DNA of 64,000 nt, from contig CAJQKT010000028.1 in NCBI GenBank assembly GCA_905478995.1, forward strand, positions 11,152 through 75,151. Reading direction: 5' to 3'. Shown here piece after piece: positions 32,631 through 42,117 of the stretch. Numbering within the stretch: position 1 is the stretch's first letter; every line of letters begins with the position of its first letter. The stretch is from an uncultured Pseudomonadales bacterium (GTDB taxonomy: Bacteria; Pseudomonadota; Gammaproteobacteria; Pseudomonadales; UBA7434). A program made the position numbers and the translations under genes. Under the pieces are notes generated by a model, which was not told where the DNA came from, did no database searches, and worked only from the letters and a program-made list of their open reading frames with translations.

Positions 32631-34763
32631 ATGCGAATTTCTCATGTGCTTTTAGCGCCTATTTTTTTGGCTAGTATTGTTATCATGATCAGCTCATACG
32701 CTGTTTATTATGGCAATCAGACGGGCAAAAATTTAGAGTATCAATATCAAACCTTAAACGATAATGAATTGCGTTTTAATGCGCTGGCGGCCGAATATTC
32801 GACTATCCTAGTGTTTGCCGATCTAATTGTCGGCTCTGACCAAGGGTTTTTGATTGAGCGTTATCAAAATCAATCCAAAGTCTTACGAAAACAAATAAAA
32901 ATTGTTTTGCTGGCCGATAATTGGTGTTGTTCACACACAGATACCGTTAATTTACACTCTTCGTTAATCACAATGGAGGGCGTTATTGCTACGGCTGTTT
33001 CTTCCGATTTACAAACGAATCCTGCTTTGCAAACGGAATATTTAAATCGCTTAGATGATGCTGCCGTTGTTGGCTTGCAAAGCCTTGACAACATACAGGT
33101 CGAAGTCAAGGCGCTTATCGGCGCGCATAGTTTGTTGTTGGCAGAGAGTCGCACTGCCTACCGTTTTGGCCTGCTAGGCCTTGGTTTAATTGATTTGATT
33201 GCGATTATAGGCTCGTGGATATGGGTATCTACTCACGTTAGCCGTCCGGTTAAAACCTTAGTAAGCGCTTCGAATAAAGCATTTATAAGCGGTCATTTTC
33301 ATAACACTAATAATACCGGCCCGGTAGAATTAAAAACGCTTAGTAATGCTTTTGAGCGCTTGACTAACCATCTGGGTGATCAGCTTGAGGCTGAGCGAAA
33401 TAAGGTTAAGAAGCAGGAGTTGGAGGCGCGGAATGAGCTGTGGAAGTTGGCGCATACCGATGTACTCACACAAGGCCCAAATCGATCTCAGTTCAACCAG
33501 ACCTTTCAAGAGCTTATTGCCAAGTGCAATGCCAATAAAGAGACGTTTGACATTTTTATAGTTGATATTAATGAGTTTAAGTCGATTAATGACACGTTAG
33601 GGCACATGGCAGGTGATGAGCTATTAGTTGCAATCACTCAAGTGTTAGAGAAGGTTGTTGGCGATAACGGTCTGAGCGCTCGGCTAGGAGGTGATGAATT
33701 CGGTTTGTTAGTCACTCCGGCTATGCAAGAGCCAGCTTTAGAAGATTTTATCAAAAACATTATTGACGGTTGTAACGTGCTTACATTTTCTGATGGAATG
33801 CGGCATGGCGTAGACGTTAGTATAGGTGTCGCAACATTTCCTCACGACGCTAAAGATATAGGATCTTTATTAAAAGCTGCCGATACGGCGATGTACCGAG
33901 CTAAAAGAGATAGCGTAGCGGGCAGCTGTTGGTTGCATTACCTGCCTCAAATGGATACCGAGCGGCAGCGGCGGGCTTGGCTGCGCAACTTAGTAGCCGC
34001 CGGCATCGAGAACAAAGAATTTGAATTATATTGTCAGCCTATTATAGATGCATCGACCCGTAAGGTGGTCAGTGGTGAATGTTTGTTGCGATGGCCGAGT
34101 GGTCCAGAGCATGTGACCATACCTGAAATCATTAATATTGCGGAGACGAGCGGGCTAATTCTAGAGCTCACCGTTGAGATTTTGGAACAGGCTTGCTCGT
34201 TTATTGCAGCATTGGAGGCACATGGATTATCTACGAGCGTGGCTGTTAATATATCCGCCGTCCAATTTAAATATCAAAACATAGTTTCGATATTAAAGGC
34301 GGCGATTGAAAAATCGAATATAAGCGCTGATCGTCTTGTCATTGAAATCACAGAATCTGTTTTTGTTGGTAGTTTCGCACGAGTAAAACAAACGTTTAGT
34401 GAGCTTCAGGATTTGGGTATTGATATTGCAATTGATGATTTTGGCACTGGCTATTCAAGTCTTAATTATCTCAACGAGCTCAACGCTGACTGGCTCAAAA
34501 TAGACCAATCGTTCATTAACAACATCGATAAGCCTGATGGTGAAAGGTTTGTTTATGCGTTCACTGAGCTTAGCCGTGCCGTGGGTACGAAGATGGTCGC
34601 AGAGGGCGTAGAAACGTTAAAGCAGCTGCAGATTCTGCAAAAACTGAACGTTGAACGAATACAAGGCTACTATATTTCAAAACCCATTCCGAAAGCCGAA
34701 TTTATTAAGTTTGCTCTTAATTCTCAGCAAGTTCGAACGGGCAGTGTTACAAAGCTGCGCTAA
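32631..34763 (+). CDS. Inner-membrane sensor: TM / helical periplasmic domain / TM / HAMP / GGDEF / EAL
   Basis: Two hydrophobic segments (res ~5-25 and ~176-198) flank a ~150 aa helical domain. HAMP-like linker. Intact 'GGDEF' ('RLGGDEFGLL'). EAL domain with the variant 'ECLLRW', then 'DDFGTGYS', 'KIDQSF', 'EGVE' and 'QGYYISKP'. Confidence 0.88.
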   Translation: MRISHVLLAPIFLASIVIMISSYAVYYGNQTGKNLEYQYQTLNDNELRFNALAAEYSTILVFADLIVGSDQGFLIERYQNQSKVLRKQIKIVLLADNWCCSHTDTVNLHSSLITMEGVIATAVSSDLQTNPALQTEYLNRLDDAAVVGLQSLDNIQVEVKALIGAHSLLLAESRTAYRFGLLGLGLIDLIAIIGSWIWVSTHVSRPVKTLVSASNKAFISGHFHNTNNTGPVELKTLSNAFERLTNHLGDQLEAERNKVKKQELEARNELWKLAHTDVLTQGPNRSQFNQTFQELIAKCNANKETFDIFIVDINEFKSINDTLGHMAGDELLVAITQVLEKVVGDNGLSARLGGDEFGLLVTPAMQEPALEDFIKNIIDGCNVLTFSDGMRHGVDVSIGVATFPHDAKDIGSLLKAADTAMYRAKRDSVAGSCWLHYLPQMDTERQRRAWLRNLVAAGIENKEFELYCQPIIDASTRKVVSGECLLRWPSGPEHVTIPEIINIAETSGLILELTVEILEQACSFIAALEAHGLSTSVAVNISAVQFKYQNIVSILKAAIEKSNISADRLVIEITESVFVGSFARVKQTFSELQDLGIDIAIDDFGTGYSSLNYLNELNADWLKIDQSFINNIDKPDGERFVYAFTELSRAVGTKMVAEGVETLKQLQILQKLNVERIQGYYISKPIPKAEFIKFALNSQQVRTGSVTKLR

Positions 34764-34877
34764 CTGAACAGGCACCTCTGTAACTTGCAGTAAGATCCTA
34801 CGGTTATGCAGAGTTCTTTTCTTTTGGCATTTAATCTGCGCCTTTTAAGGATGTCTTTACCATGGGTATTAAAGCTG

Positions 34878-34905
34878 CTGACAGCTTTAAGCATAGGGTT
34901 ATAAT
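34878..34905 (+). promoter_or_regulatory. Possible sigma70 promoter for ruvX
   Basis: CTGACA (34878-34883), 16-nt spacer, TATAAT (34900-34905). Lies ~130 nt upstream of ruvX. Confidence 0.3.
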
Positions 34906-35036
34906 GTTTGCCAGCGATTTAATTGTAATCGAGCACTGCGACGTCATAACAGTAAAGAGTCTGTTGATGAAGATACGGCCTAGTCAATACCGGATCAGCG
35001 ACTGAAAAACAGACGACCCTCACGAGCAAGAATTGA

Positions 35037-35474
35037 ATGAGTAAAAGCGGCTTATTATTGGGTTTCGATTTCGGCTTACGTCAGATAGGTGTTTCGGTTG
35101 GGCAAACGCTAACGGCCTCGGCTAGACCCTTATGTATTCTGGATGCAAGGTCAGGTCAGCCTAACTGGCAGCAGGTGACTGCACTTATTGATGAATGGAT
35201 GCCCGATTACTTAGTGGTGGGCTTACCACTGCATATGGATGGTAGTGAGGGGACAAGTGCGCAGTTAGCACGTAAGTTTGCTGCACGCCTTCACGGGCGG
35301 TTGGGTTGCAGGGTTGAGTTACAGGACGAGCGACTGTCCTCAAGTGAGGCGCGTTCACAGTTAAAAGACATGCATACAACTAACGGACATAGCGCGAGAG
35401 TGGCACACAATAAAATTGATGCTGTGGCGGCTGCACTGATTTTGCAAAGTTGGTTAGACAGCGGCAACAGTTGA
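35037..35474 (+). CDS. ruvX: Holliday-junction-resolvase-like pre-16S rRNA nuclease RuvX (YqgF)
   Basis: N-terminal 'LLGFDFGLRQIGVSVGQ' and 'VVGLPLHMDGSEG' YqgF signatures. 145 aa. Confidence 0.9.
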   Translation: MSKSGLLLGFDFGLRQIGVSVGQTLTASARPLCILDARSGQPNWQQVTALIDEWMPDYLVVGLPLHMDGSEGTSAQLARKFAARLHGRLGCRVELQDERLSSSEARSQLKDMHTTNGHSARVAHNKIDAVAAALILQSWLDSGNS

Positions 35475-35539
35475 TAGTTTTTTGTGTCTAGTTTGCAACA
35501 CCGCTTTCGGGGGTTTTTTACATGGTTTCTATCGGCTTA

Positions 35540-36685
35540 CTATCTATAGATTTTTGATTGCTCAACGGGATCACTTTCCATTTGTAAGCCAGTTGCGGGT
35601 GCTGCGTTGGGCGCCCGCCCTTCATTTTTATCGAGCTTGATCATTAAACGTAAGTCGTTAGATGAGTCAGCGTGGGCAATAGCGTCTTCATAAGTAATTT
35701 CTCCACGCCCATAAAGCGTATGTAACGCTTGATCAAAGGTCTGCATGCCTTGCTCATTTGACCGCTTCATTAATTCTTTTAGTTTTTGAACTTCGCCTTT
35801 TCGTATTAAGTCAGAGGCAAGAGGAGTGTTGAGCAACACCTCTACCACTGCCCGCCTGCCACTGCCATCTGGGGTTGGCACGAGTTGCTGAGCAATCATG
35901 CCCCGCATATTTAACGATAAGTCCATCCACAATTGTGTATGACGCTCAGGTGGAAAGAAATGAATAATACGGTCGAGCGCTTGGTTGGCATTGTTAGCAT
36001 GTAGTGTACACAAGCAAAGATGGCCCGTTTCAGCAAAAGTAATGGCGTGTTCCATCGTCTCTTTGGTGCGCACCTCACCAATCATAATGACATCGGGAGC
36101 CTGGCGGAGCATGTTCTTAAGTGCCACCTCGAAACTAATAGTATCAATGCCGACTTCGCGCTGAGTAACCATGCAACCGGCATGCGGGTGTATAAATTCA
36201 ATAGGGTCCTCAACGCAGATGATATGGCCATGACTATTGTGGTTTCGGTGGCCAATCATTGATGCAAGCGAGGTAGATTTACCTGTACCCGTGGCACCAA
36301 CAAAGATCACTAAGCCGCGCTTGGTCATGGCTAGGTCTTTGACTACATCTGGTAGGCCTAGGTCATCGACCTTAGGAATAGAGGTTTCGATACGACGGAT
36401 AACCATACCAACTAGGTTGCGCTGGTAAAAGGCACTGGCTCTAAAACGACCGACACCGCGAGCGCTAATAGCAAAATTCAATTCTTTAGTGCTAACAAAT
36501 TCGTTGCGCTGATCTTCATTCATAATACTCAACACCAATTCACGTGTCATCTCTGGCGACAGCGTGGTGTTATTGAGTGGAATCATTTTGCCGTTTAGTT
36601 TCATGCTAGGCGGTAATCCCGCACTAATGAAAAGATCGGAAGCGCCTTTTTCAACAACAGTGATGAGTAGTGTTTGTATGTCCAT
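35540..36685 (-). CDS. pilU: Type IV pilus retraction ATPase PilU
   Basis: Collinear with P. aeruginosa PilU: 'FAISARGVGRFRASAFYQRNLVGMV', Walker A 'GATGTGKST', C-terminal 'DLRLMIKL'. Downstream of pilT. Confidence 0.92.
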   Translation of the reverse strand: MDIQTLLITVVEKGASDLFISAGLPPSMKLNGKMIPLNNTTLSPEMTRELVLSIMNEDQRNEFVSTKELNFAISARGVGRFRASAFYQRNLVGMVIRRIETSIPKVDDLGLPDVVKDLAMTKRGLVIFVGATGTGKSTSLASMIGHRNHNSHGHIICVEDPIEFIHPHAGCMVTQREVGIDTISFEVALKNMLRQAPDVIMIGEVRTKETMEHAITFAETGHLCLCTLHANNANQALDRIIHFFPPERHTQLWMDLSLNMRGMIAQQLVPTPDGSGRRAVVEVLLNTPLASDLIRKGEVQKLKELMKRSNEQGMQTFDQALHTLYGRGEITYEDAIAHADSSNDLRLMIKLDKNEGRAPNAAPATGLQMESDPVEQSKIYR

Positions 36686-36732
36686 AATCTATCTCGTTTG
36701 CGTAGCTCGCAGGGAAGTCAGTTTTCCGAGCG

Positions 36733-37767
36733 CTAGAAATTTTCTGGCATCTTTGCTTTTTCACGTGCAGCATCGCGCGAGATGCTCCTTCCTGATACTA
36801 AGTTAGCAAGGCATTGATCCATTGTTTGCATACCAGCATTACTGCCAGTTTGTATAGCCGAATACATTTGCGCAACTTTGTCTTCGCGAATCAGATTACG
36901 AATGGCCGGTGTGCCAATCATAATTTCATGGGCGGCGATGCGGCCGCCATTGGCGCGCTTAATAAGAGTTTGTGATATTACCGCCTGTAAGCTTTCAGAA
37001 AGCATGGAGCGGACCATCGATTTTTCAGCGGCCGGGAATACATCGATAATCCGGTCAATCGTTTTAGCTGCCGAGGTGGTGTGCAGCGTGCCAAACACCA
37101 AATGACCGGTTTCTGCTGCCGTTAATGCAAGCCTGATGGTCTCTAGATCCCGGAGCTCGCCTACTAAGATGATGTCGGGGTCTTCACGCAGGGCAGAGCG
37201 CAACGCTTCACTAAAGCCATGGGTGTCACGATGAACCTCTCGCTGGTTAACTAGGCATTTTTTACTTTCGTGAACGAATTCAATTGGGTCTTCAATGGTT
37301 AAAATATGGTCGTAACGATTTTCGTTTATGAAATCGATCATTGCCGCGAGCGTCGTTGACTTACCTGAACCGGTGGGTCCGGTAACCAGTACTAACCCCC
37401 GTGGCACCGCTGCAATATCGCGAAATGTTTGGCCTAAGCCCAAGTCTGACATCGTCAGAACTTTAGAGGGTATGGTACGAAAGACCGCGCCTGCGCCTCG
37501 ATTTTGATTAAATGCATTCACCCTAAAGCGGGCAACGCCAGGCACTTCAAATGAGAAATCGTGTTCTAGATGCTCCTCGAAATCGCGGCGCTGACTGTCA
37601 TTCATTATTTCGTAAATTAGGCCGTGAACATCTTTGTGCTCTAGCGGAGGGAGGTTGATACGTCGCACGTCGCCATCAACGCGTATCATTGGAGGCAAGC
37701 CCGCGGACAAATGCAAATCGGATGCATTTTGTTTGGCACTAAAGGCGAGCAGTTCTGTAATATCCAT
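36733..37767 (-). CDS. pilT: Type IV pilus retraction ATPase PilT
   Basis: Near-identical over long stretches to P. aeruginosa PilT: 'MDITELLAFSAKQ.ASDLHLSAGLPPMIRVDGDVRRINLPPLEHK', 'GPTGSGKST', C-terminal 'AREKAK.PENF'. Confidence 0.96.
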   Translation of the reverse strand: MDITELLAFSAKQNASDLHLSAGLPPMIRVDGDVRRINLPPLEHKDVHGLIYEIMNDSQRRDFEEHLEHDFSFEVPGVARFRVNAFNQNRGAGAVFRTIPSKVLTMSDLGLGQTFRDIAAVPRGLVLVTGPTGSGKSTTLAAMIDFINENRYDHILTIEDPIEFVHESKKCLVNQREVHRDTHGFSEALRSALREDPDIILVGELRDLETIRLALTAAETGHLVFGTLHTTSAAKTIDRIIDVFPAAEKSMVRSMLSESLQAVISQTLIKRANGGRIAAHEIMIGTPAIRNLIREDKVAQMYSAIQTGSNAGMQTMDQCLANLVSGRSISRDAAREKAKMPENF

Positions 37768-37884
37768 ACCGTATCTCTAAGCGTGTGGTTAATGAACAAA
37801 AGCCGTTAATAATGATAACCTGCGCCATGAAGTTATGACGATAAAATTGAGTTAGAACAATCCATTAAGGCCAACTGTTTAATA

Positions 37885-38589
37885 ATGATAGACATTGCAA
37901 CAAATATTGCTGCGTTGACGGCGAAAATACAGCAAGTGAGCGCTCAAAGTGCGACGTGGGACCGTGAAATAACACTAATAGCTGTGAGTAAAAAGCAACC
38001 GGCAGCAGCTATCACTCAAGCTCACGCAGCAGGCCAAAATCATTTTGGAGAAAACTATGTGCAAGAGGCCGTAGTGAAAATGGCCGAACTCACGCAAAAG
38101 TCGCTGATTTGGCATTTTTTAGGACCTATTCAATCTAACAAGACGAAGCTTATTGCCGAGTATTTTGACTGGGTTCACAGCGTTGATCGGTTGAAAGTCG
38201 CGCAAAGATTGAGCAGCCAGCGCTGCGCCTCATTGCCTCCGCTCAATATTTGTTTGCAGGTCAATATCGACCAAGATCCAGCAAAATCGGGTATGACAGC
38301 TGCCGATTGTATGAAGATCGGTCTAGAGGTGGCGCGTCTGCCCAATTTGCGGATACGGGGGCTGATGGTTCTACCATCACAGGGCCAGAGCGATGAGTCT
38401 TTGCGAGCGAGTTTTAGGCGGGGGGCTGGTCTATTTAAAGAGCTCGGCGACTATTTACGACAACATGCGGCGGGTGATGATTTTGATTGCTTGTCGATGG
38501 GCATGTCAGGCGATTTTGAATTAGCGATTGCTGAGGGTTCTAATATGGTTCGGGTAGGGACTGCTATTTTTGGTCCCCGCAGTTCATAA
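37885..38589 (+). CDS. yggS: PLP-binding protein YggS (COG0325)
   Basis: 234 aa alanine-racemase-N-fold-like protein with 'LIAVSKKQP' (PLP Lys) and 'HFLGPIQSNK'. Conserved yggS-proC-yggT order. Confidence 0.88.
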   Translation: MIDIATNIAALTAKIQQVSAQSATWDREITLIAVSKKQPAAAITQAHAAGQNHFGENYVQEAVVKMAELTQKSLIWHFLGPIQSNKTKLIAEYFDWVHSVDRLKVAQRLSSQRCASLPPLNICLQVNIDQDPAKSGMTAADCMKIGLEVARLPNLRIRGLMVLPSQGQSDESLRASFRRGAGLFKELGDYLRQHAAGDDFDCLSMGMSGDFELAIAEGSNMVRVGTAIFGPRSS

Positions 38590-38685
38590 TACGCCGCCAA
38601 CTAAGAACTAAGATCTTGGTGCTAAAGCTTCACCATAAAGGTTGCTTATTATTGCAGCCGCGCAACGTGTAAACAGGAGTATGTT

Positions 38686-39540
38686 TTGACGCAAGTAGAT
38701 TTGTCTTCGCAAGCAGCACAATCATCCAACGTTCGATTGGGTTTTATTGGCGCCGGCAACATGGCGCGTAGCCTGATCGGCGGTTTATTAAAACAAGGTT
38801 TTGATGCGCAGCATATTATTGCGAGTGACCCGTCAGCACAATGCCTGCAAATGGTACGTGATCTAGGCGCGCAAACGGCTGAGAATAATGCAGCACTCGT
38901 TGCCAGCGTTGACGTCGTTGTATTGGCCGTCAAGCCCCAAGTGATGGCTGATGTGCTACAACCATTAGCCCCTTTAATTTCTCAACATCAGGTTTTGTTG
39001 GTATCTATAGCGGCCGGCATTAATTGTGCGTCGCTGGCGGCTTGGTCGAGTCTTTCGGCGTCTATTGTTCGTTGCATGCCTAACACTCCAGCACTGTTGC
39101 AGTGCGGCGCTACCGGCCTGTATGCTAACGCTAGAGTGTCTTCACAACAACGAGATTTGGCGCAGTCAATATTAGAAGCCGTTGGTTTGGCAATATGGGT
39201 TGACAGCGAAGATCAGCTTGATGCTGTTACAGCATTATCCGGCAGTGGGCCCGCTTATTTCTTTTTACTTATGGAGCTGATGCAGGCTAATGGTGAGCAG
39301 TTAGGCTTGTCGGCGCCAATGGCTAGGGCGCTTACGTTGCAAACGGCATTGGGCGCCGCCAAAATGGCGTTAGATGCTGAGGTTGATACAGCCACACTGC
39401 GCGCACAAGTTACCTCACCCAATGGTACGACCGAGGCGGCGATTAAAAGCTTTCAAAGCAATGATTTTTCAAAACTCGTCGAGCAGGCATTAAATGCTGC
39501 GCATCAGCGCTCTATCGACTTGGCTAAAGAGTTGGGTTAA
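38686..39540 (+). CDS. proC: Pyrroline-5-carboxylate reductase
   Basis: 'LGFIGAGNMARSLIGGL' NAD(P) fold and 'VTSPNGTTEAAI' ProC signature. TTG start per track. Confidence 0.92.
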   Translation: MTQVDLSSQAAQSSNVRLGFIGAGNMARSLIGGLLKQGFDAQHIIASDPSAQCLQMVRDLGAQTAENNAALVASVDVVVLAVKPQVMADVLQPLAPLISQHQVLLVSIAAGINCASLAAWSSLSASIVRCMPNTPALLQCGATGLYANARVSSQQRDLAQSILEAVGLAIWVDSEDQLDAVTALSGSGPAYFFLLMELMQANGEQLGLSAPMARALTLQTALGAAKMALDAEVDTATLRAQVTSPNGTTEAAIKSFQSNDFSKLVEQALNAAHQRSIDLAKELG

Positions 39541-39610
39541 AGAACGAGCTGACCTTATTAACGTTTGTCATTAAAACTTCATTCACATTTTACATTGGAA
39601 TTAAATTCGT

Positions 39611-40177
39611 ATGATCCAAGACATTCTACATCTACTGGTATCTACCGTTACTGACATTTATACATTGCTCGTTGTATTACGATTTTTATTACAGGTAGCT
39701 AAAGCTGATTTTTATAACCCACTGTCACAGTTTATTGTGAAAGCTACCGACCCGCTGCTCAAACCGTTGCGACGATTTATTCCTGGCTTTTGGGGTATCG
39801 ATCTTTCTTCGCTGGTGTTGGCGTTGTTGGTGCAAATTGTGGGTGTGATTATAGTGTCCTTGTTAGCAGGCGCACTGGTGACTAACCCGTTTATCTATTT
39901 GTTGGTGGGTGTCTTTGGCGTACTTGAAGCGGCGTTAAACTTTTACTTTTTCGCCATTATTATTCTTATCATTATTAGTTGGATCGCCCCGCAAACCTAT
40001 AACCCTGCAGCGGCTTTATTAAGTCAATTAACAGACCCTGTGTTAACGCCTTTTCGGCGTTTGTTGCCGGCCATGGGTGGGTTGGATTTTTCACCGATGT
40101 TGGCGCTTTTTGTTATACATATCTTGCGTGCGATCATCCTTCCAGGGCTTATCGCTTCGCTAGGCAGTTTTCTTTAG
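39611..40177 (+). CDS. yggT: YggT family membrane protein
   Basis: 188 aa, tandem YGGT repeats of hydrophobic helices. Conserved position after proC. Confidence 0.85.
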   Translation: MIQDILHLLVSTVTDIYTLLVVLRFLLQVAKADFYNPLSQFIVKATDPLLKPLRRFIPGFWGIDLSSLVLALLVQIVGVIIVSLLAGALVTNPFIYLLVGVFGVLEAALNFYFFAIIILIIISWIAPQTYNPAAALLSQLTDPVLTPFRRLLPAMGGLDFSPMLALFVIHILRAIILPGLIASLGSFL

Positions 40178-40201
40178 CGGCTAGATAGCAGCATGTTAGG
40201 G

Positions 40202-40729
40202 TTAAGAGTTAAGAGCCTGCTCAATTGTTGCGAATGCTTGAATAACATCGGATGGCGCTTGCACTAGCTCCACGAGCACGCCCTCAGCGCTGATGGGGGT
40301 TTGCTCATTGCCTTTGGGGTGAATAAAAACCACCTCGTAGCCTGAAGCGCCGGGGCGAATTCCGCCGGGGGTGAAGCGCACACCTTGCGCGCCCAGCCAT
40401 TCGACAGCAGCTGGCAGATTATCCACCCAAAATCCAACATGATTGAGAGCGGGCGTGTCTACCCGCGGTTTTTTGTTGGGGTCGAGCGGTTGCATCAAAT
40501 CTACCTCAACCTTCAATAATCCCTCGCCAACCTCGCAAATATCTTCATCGACATTTTCGCTTTCGCTGGTATAACTATGTGAAAATTTTAGACCGAGCAG
40601 GTCGACCCAAAAGGCCTTAAGCTTTTTCTTGTTGGGTGCGCCAATGGCAATTTGTTGTAAGCCTAATACTTTAAATGGTCGGTCTGAGTGCAAAATGGAC
40701 TCCTTGTTGAGGCGGGGGGTGCTATTCAT
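40202..40729 (-). CDS. VOC-family protein, methylmalonyl/ethylmalonyl-CoA epimerase-like
   Basis: '[11 protein letters not shown]' and 'VVFIHPKG...GVLVELVQ' follow the paired beta-alpha-beta-beta-beta pattern of the epimerases. The internal ATG (MNSTPR...) is preferred over the track start at 40786. Confidence 0.5.
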   Translation of the reverse strand: MNSTPRLNKESILHSDRPFKVLGLQQIAIGAPNKKKLKAFWVDLLGLKFSHSYTSESENVDEDICEVGEGLLKVEVDLMQPLDPNKKPRVDTPALNHVGFWVDNLPAAVEWLGAQGVRFTPGGIRPGASGYEVVFIHPKGNEQTPISAEGVLVELVQAPSDVIQAFATIEQALNS

Positions 40730-40869
40730 CGCTACAGTGTTTAGATTGCCATGAGTTATGCTGCGAGGCAATGCCGGCATTTTCAAGAGTTGTTGGTTGT
40801 GCGCTATTGCTGGATAATATCGGTATCTTATCGTCTTTTAACCCACCGATACATTGAATAGCGAATTCT

Positions 40870-41613
40870 ATGACCACCACTACCGCTGCGTCCCTTTCTG
40901 ATAAAAATATCCCTGTTGATGAGCGCTTGATGTTTGCTCTTGATGTGCCCAGTAATGATGAAGCGATGCGGCTCGTCAGTGAATTGGGTGATGCGGTCAC
41001 TTTTTATAAAGTAGGCCTTGAGCTGTTCATGGCCGGTAATTATTTTGCGCTAGTCGAATGGCTCGTTGCACAAAATAAAAAAGTATTCGTTGATTTGAAG
41101 TTTTTTGATGTGCCTCAAACAGTCGCTTCAGCCGTCACTCAGCTGACCAAGTACGGGGCTTCCTTTGCTACCGTGCACGGCAACGACAGTATCCTAAAAG
41201 CGGCGGTGGCAGCGGCTGCGCAGAGTGAATTAAAAATATTGGCTGTGACTGCGCTGACGAGTCTTGATCAAGGTGATATCGATGATTTGGGCTTTAAAGC
41301 CGATGTTAAAGACATTGTGCTCAGCCGTGCGCGCCGTGCATTTGAGGCCGGCTGTGCCGGTGTTATTAGCTCTGGTCTTGAAGCGCCTGCGTTGCGCGGC
41401 AGTTTAGGCCAGCGAATAATGATCATTACACCGGGTATTCGCCCAGTGGCTAATACCGACGATCAAAAACGTACTGTTAATGTTGAGCAAGCCTTCGAAA
41501 ATGGTGCTGACTATATAGTAGTGGGGCGGCCGATTAAAAATCATGCTGGATATGATTCTCCGCGCGATGCGGCGCTAGATATTCAGCGACGCATTCGTGA
41601 GGTTTTTGCTTAG
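40870..41613 (+). CDS. pyrF: Orotidine 5'-phosphate decarboxylase
   Basis: 'FALDV', 'FYKVGLELF', 'DLKFFDVPQTV' and 'ADYIVVGRPI' catalytic signatures. Confidence 0.93.
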   Translation: MTTTTAASLSDKNIPVDERLMFALDVPSNDEAMRLVSELGDAVTFYKVGLELFMAGNYFALVEWLVAQNKKVFVDLKFFDVPQTVASAVTQLTKYGASFATVHGNDSILKAAVAAAAQSELKILAVTALTSLDQGDIDDLGFKADVKDIVLSRARRAFEAGCAGVISSGLEAPALRGSLGQRIMIITPGIRPVANTDDQKRTVNVEQAFENGADYIVVGRPIKNHAGYDSPRDAALDIQRRIREVFA

Positions 41614-41664
41614 TCAGTTGTAAAATATTGTCAGCAGCTACGTTGAGGATGTAAATCTACCACT

Positions 41665-42108
41665 ATGACCGATGATTTTTGTTATTTACTGCGTGTTCGC
41701 TATGCCGAATGTGATGCTCAAAAGGTGGTTTTTAACGGCCGCTATGTCGATTATGTGGACGTTGCCGTGACTGAATTTACGCGTGCTTTATGGGGCGATT
41801 ATGCGGAGCTATTAAAAAAGGGCATTGATAATCAGGTTGTGGCAATAAAAATTGATTGGCAGGCACCGGCTCATTTCGATGAGGTTTTAGCTATCCGTGT
41901 TTCAGTTTTGCGTATTGGGGTATCGTCTTACACGCTCAATGTGCAGTTTTTTCACCATGTGACTAATAAGCCGTTAGCTCAATGCGAAATCACTTACGTG
42001 GTGATTGATGCCGAGCGCTTCGAAAAAATGCCGATTCCTGAAGATCTGCGCGCATCACTTCAGCATGGTGCGATGGGTGTCACGGTCGATCATGCAGGCA
42101 TGGGTTAG
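41665..42108 (+). CDS. 4HBT/YbgC-type hotdog thioesterase
   Basis: 147 aa. 'LRVRYAECDAQKVVFNGRYVDY' N-terminal motif (catalytic Asp) is typical of the 4HBT class. Confidence 0.7.
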   Translation: MTDDFCYLLRVRYAECDAQKVVFNGRYVDYVDVAVTEFTRALWGDYAELLKKGIDNQVVAIKIDWQAPAHFDEVLAIRVSVLRIGVSSYTLNVQFFHHVTNKPLAQCEITYVVIDAERFEKMPIPEDLRASLQHGAMGVTVDHAGMG

Positions 42109-42117
42109 CCTCTACCT

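Noticed and set aside
35497-35519. Possible intrinsic terminator after ruvX (CACCGCTTTCGGGGGTTTTTT).
   Set aside because: A T6 run is present, but the best stem I can draw is only 3 bp plus a mismatch. This is too weak to call without an energy calculation.
36757-36772. parS-like sequences. TTTTTCACGTGCAGCA (36757-36772, inside pilT) matches TGTTNCACGTGAAACA at 13/16. CGTTCCACGTGGCCGA (14226-14241, inside atpD) matches at 12/16. Half-sites occur in mnmG (~2958) and after atpE (~9098).
   Set aside because: None is a full palindromic parS. All are within coding or unrelated regions, and matches at this level are expected by chance in 64 kb.
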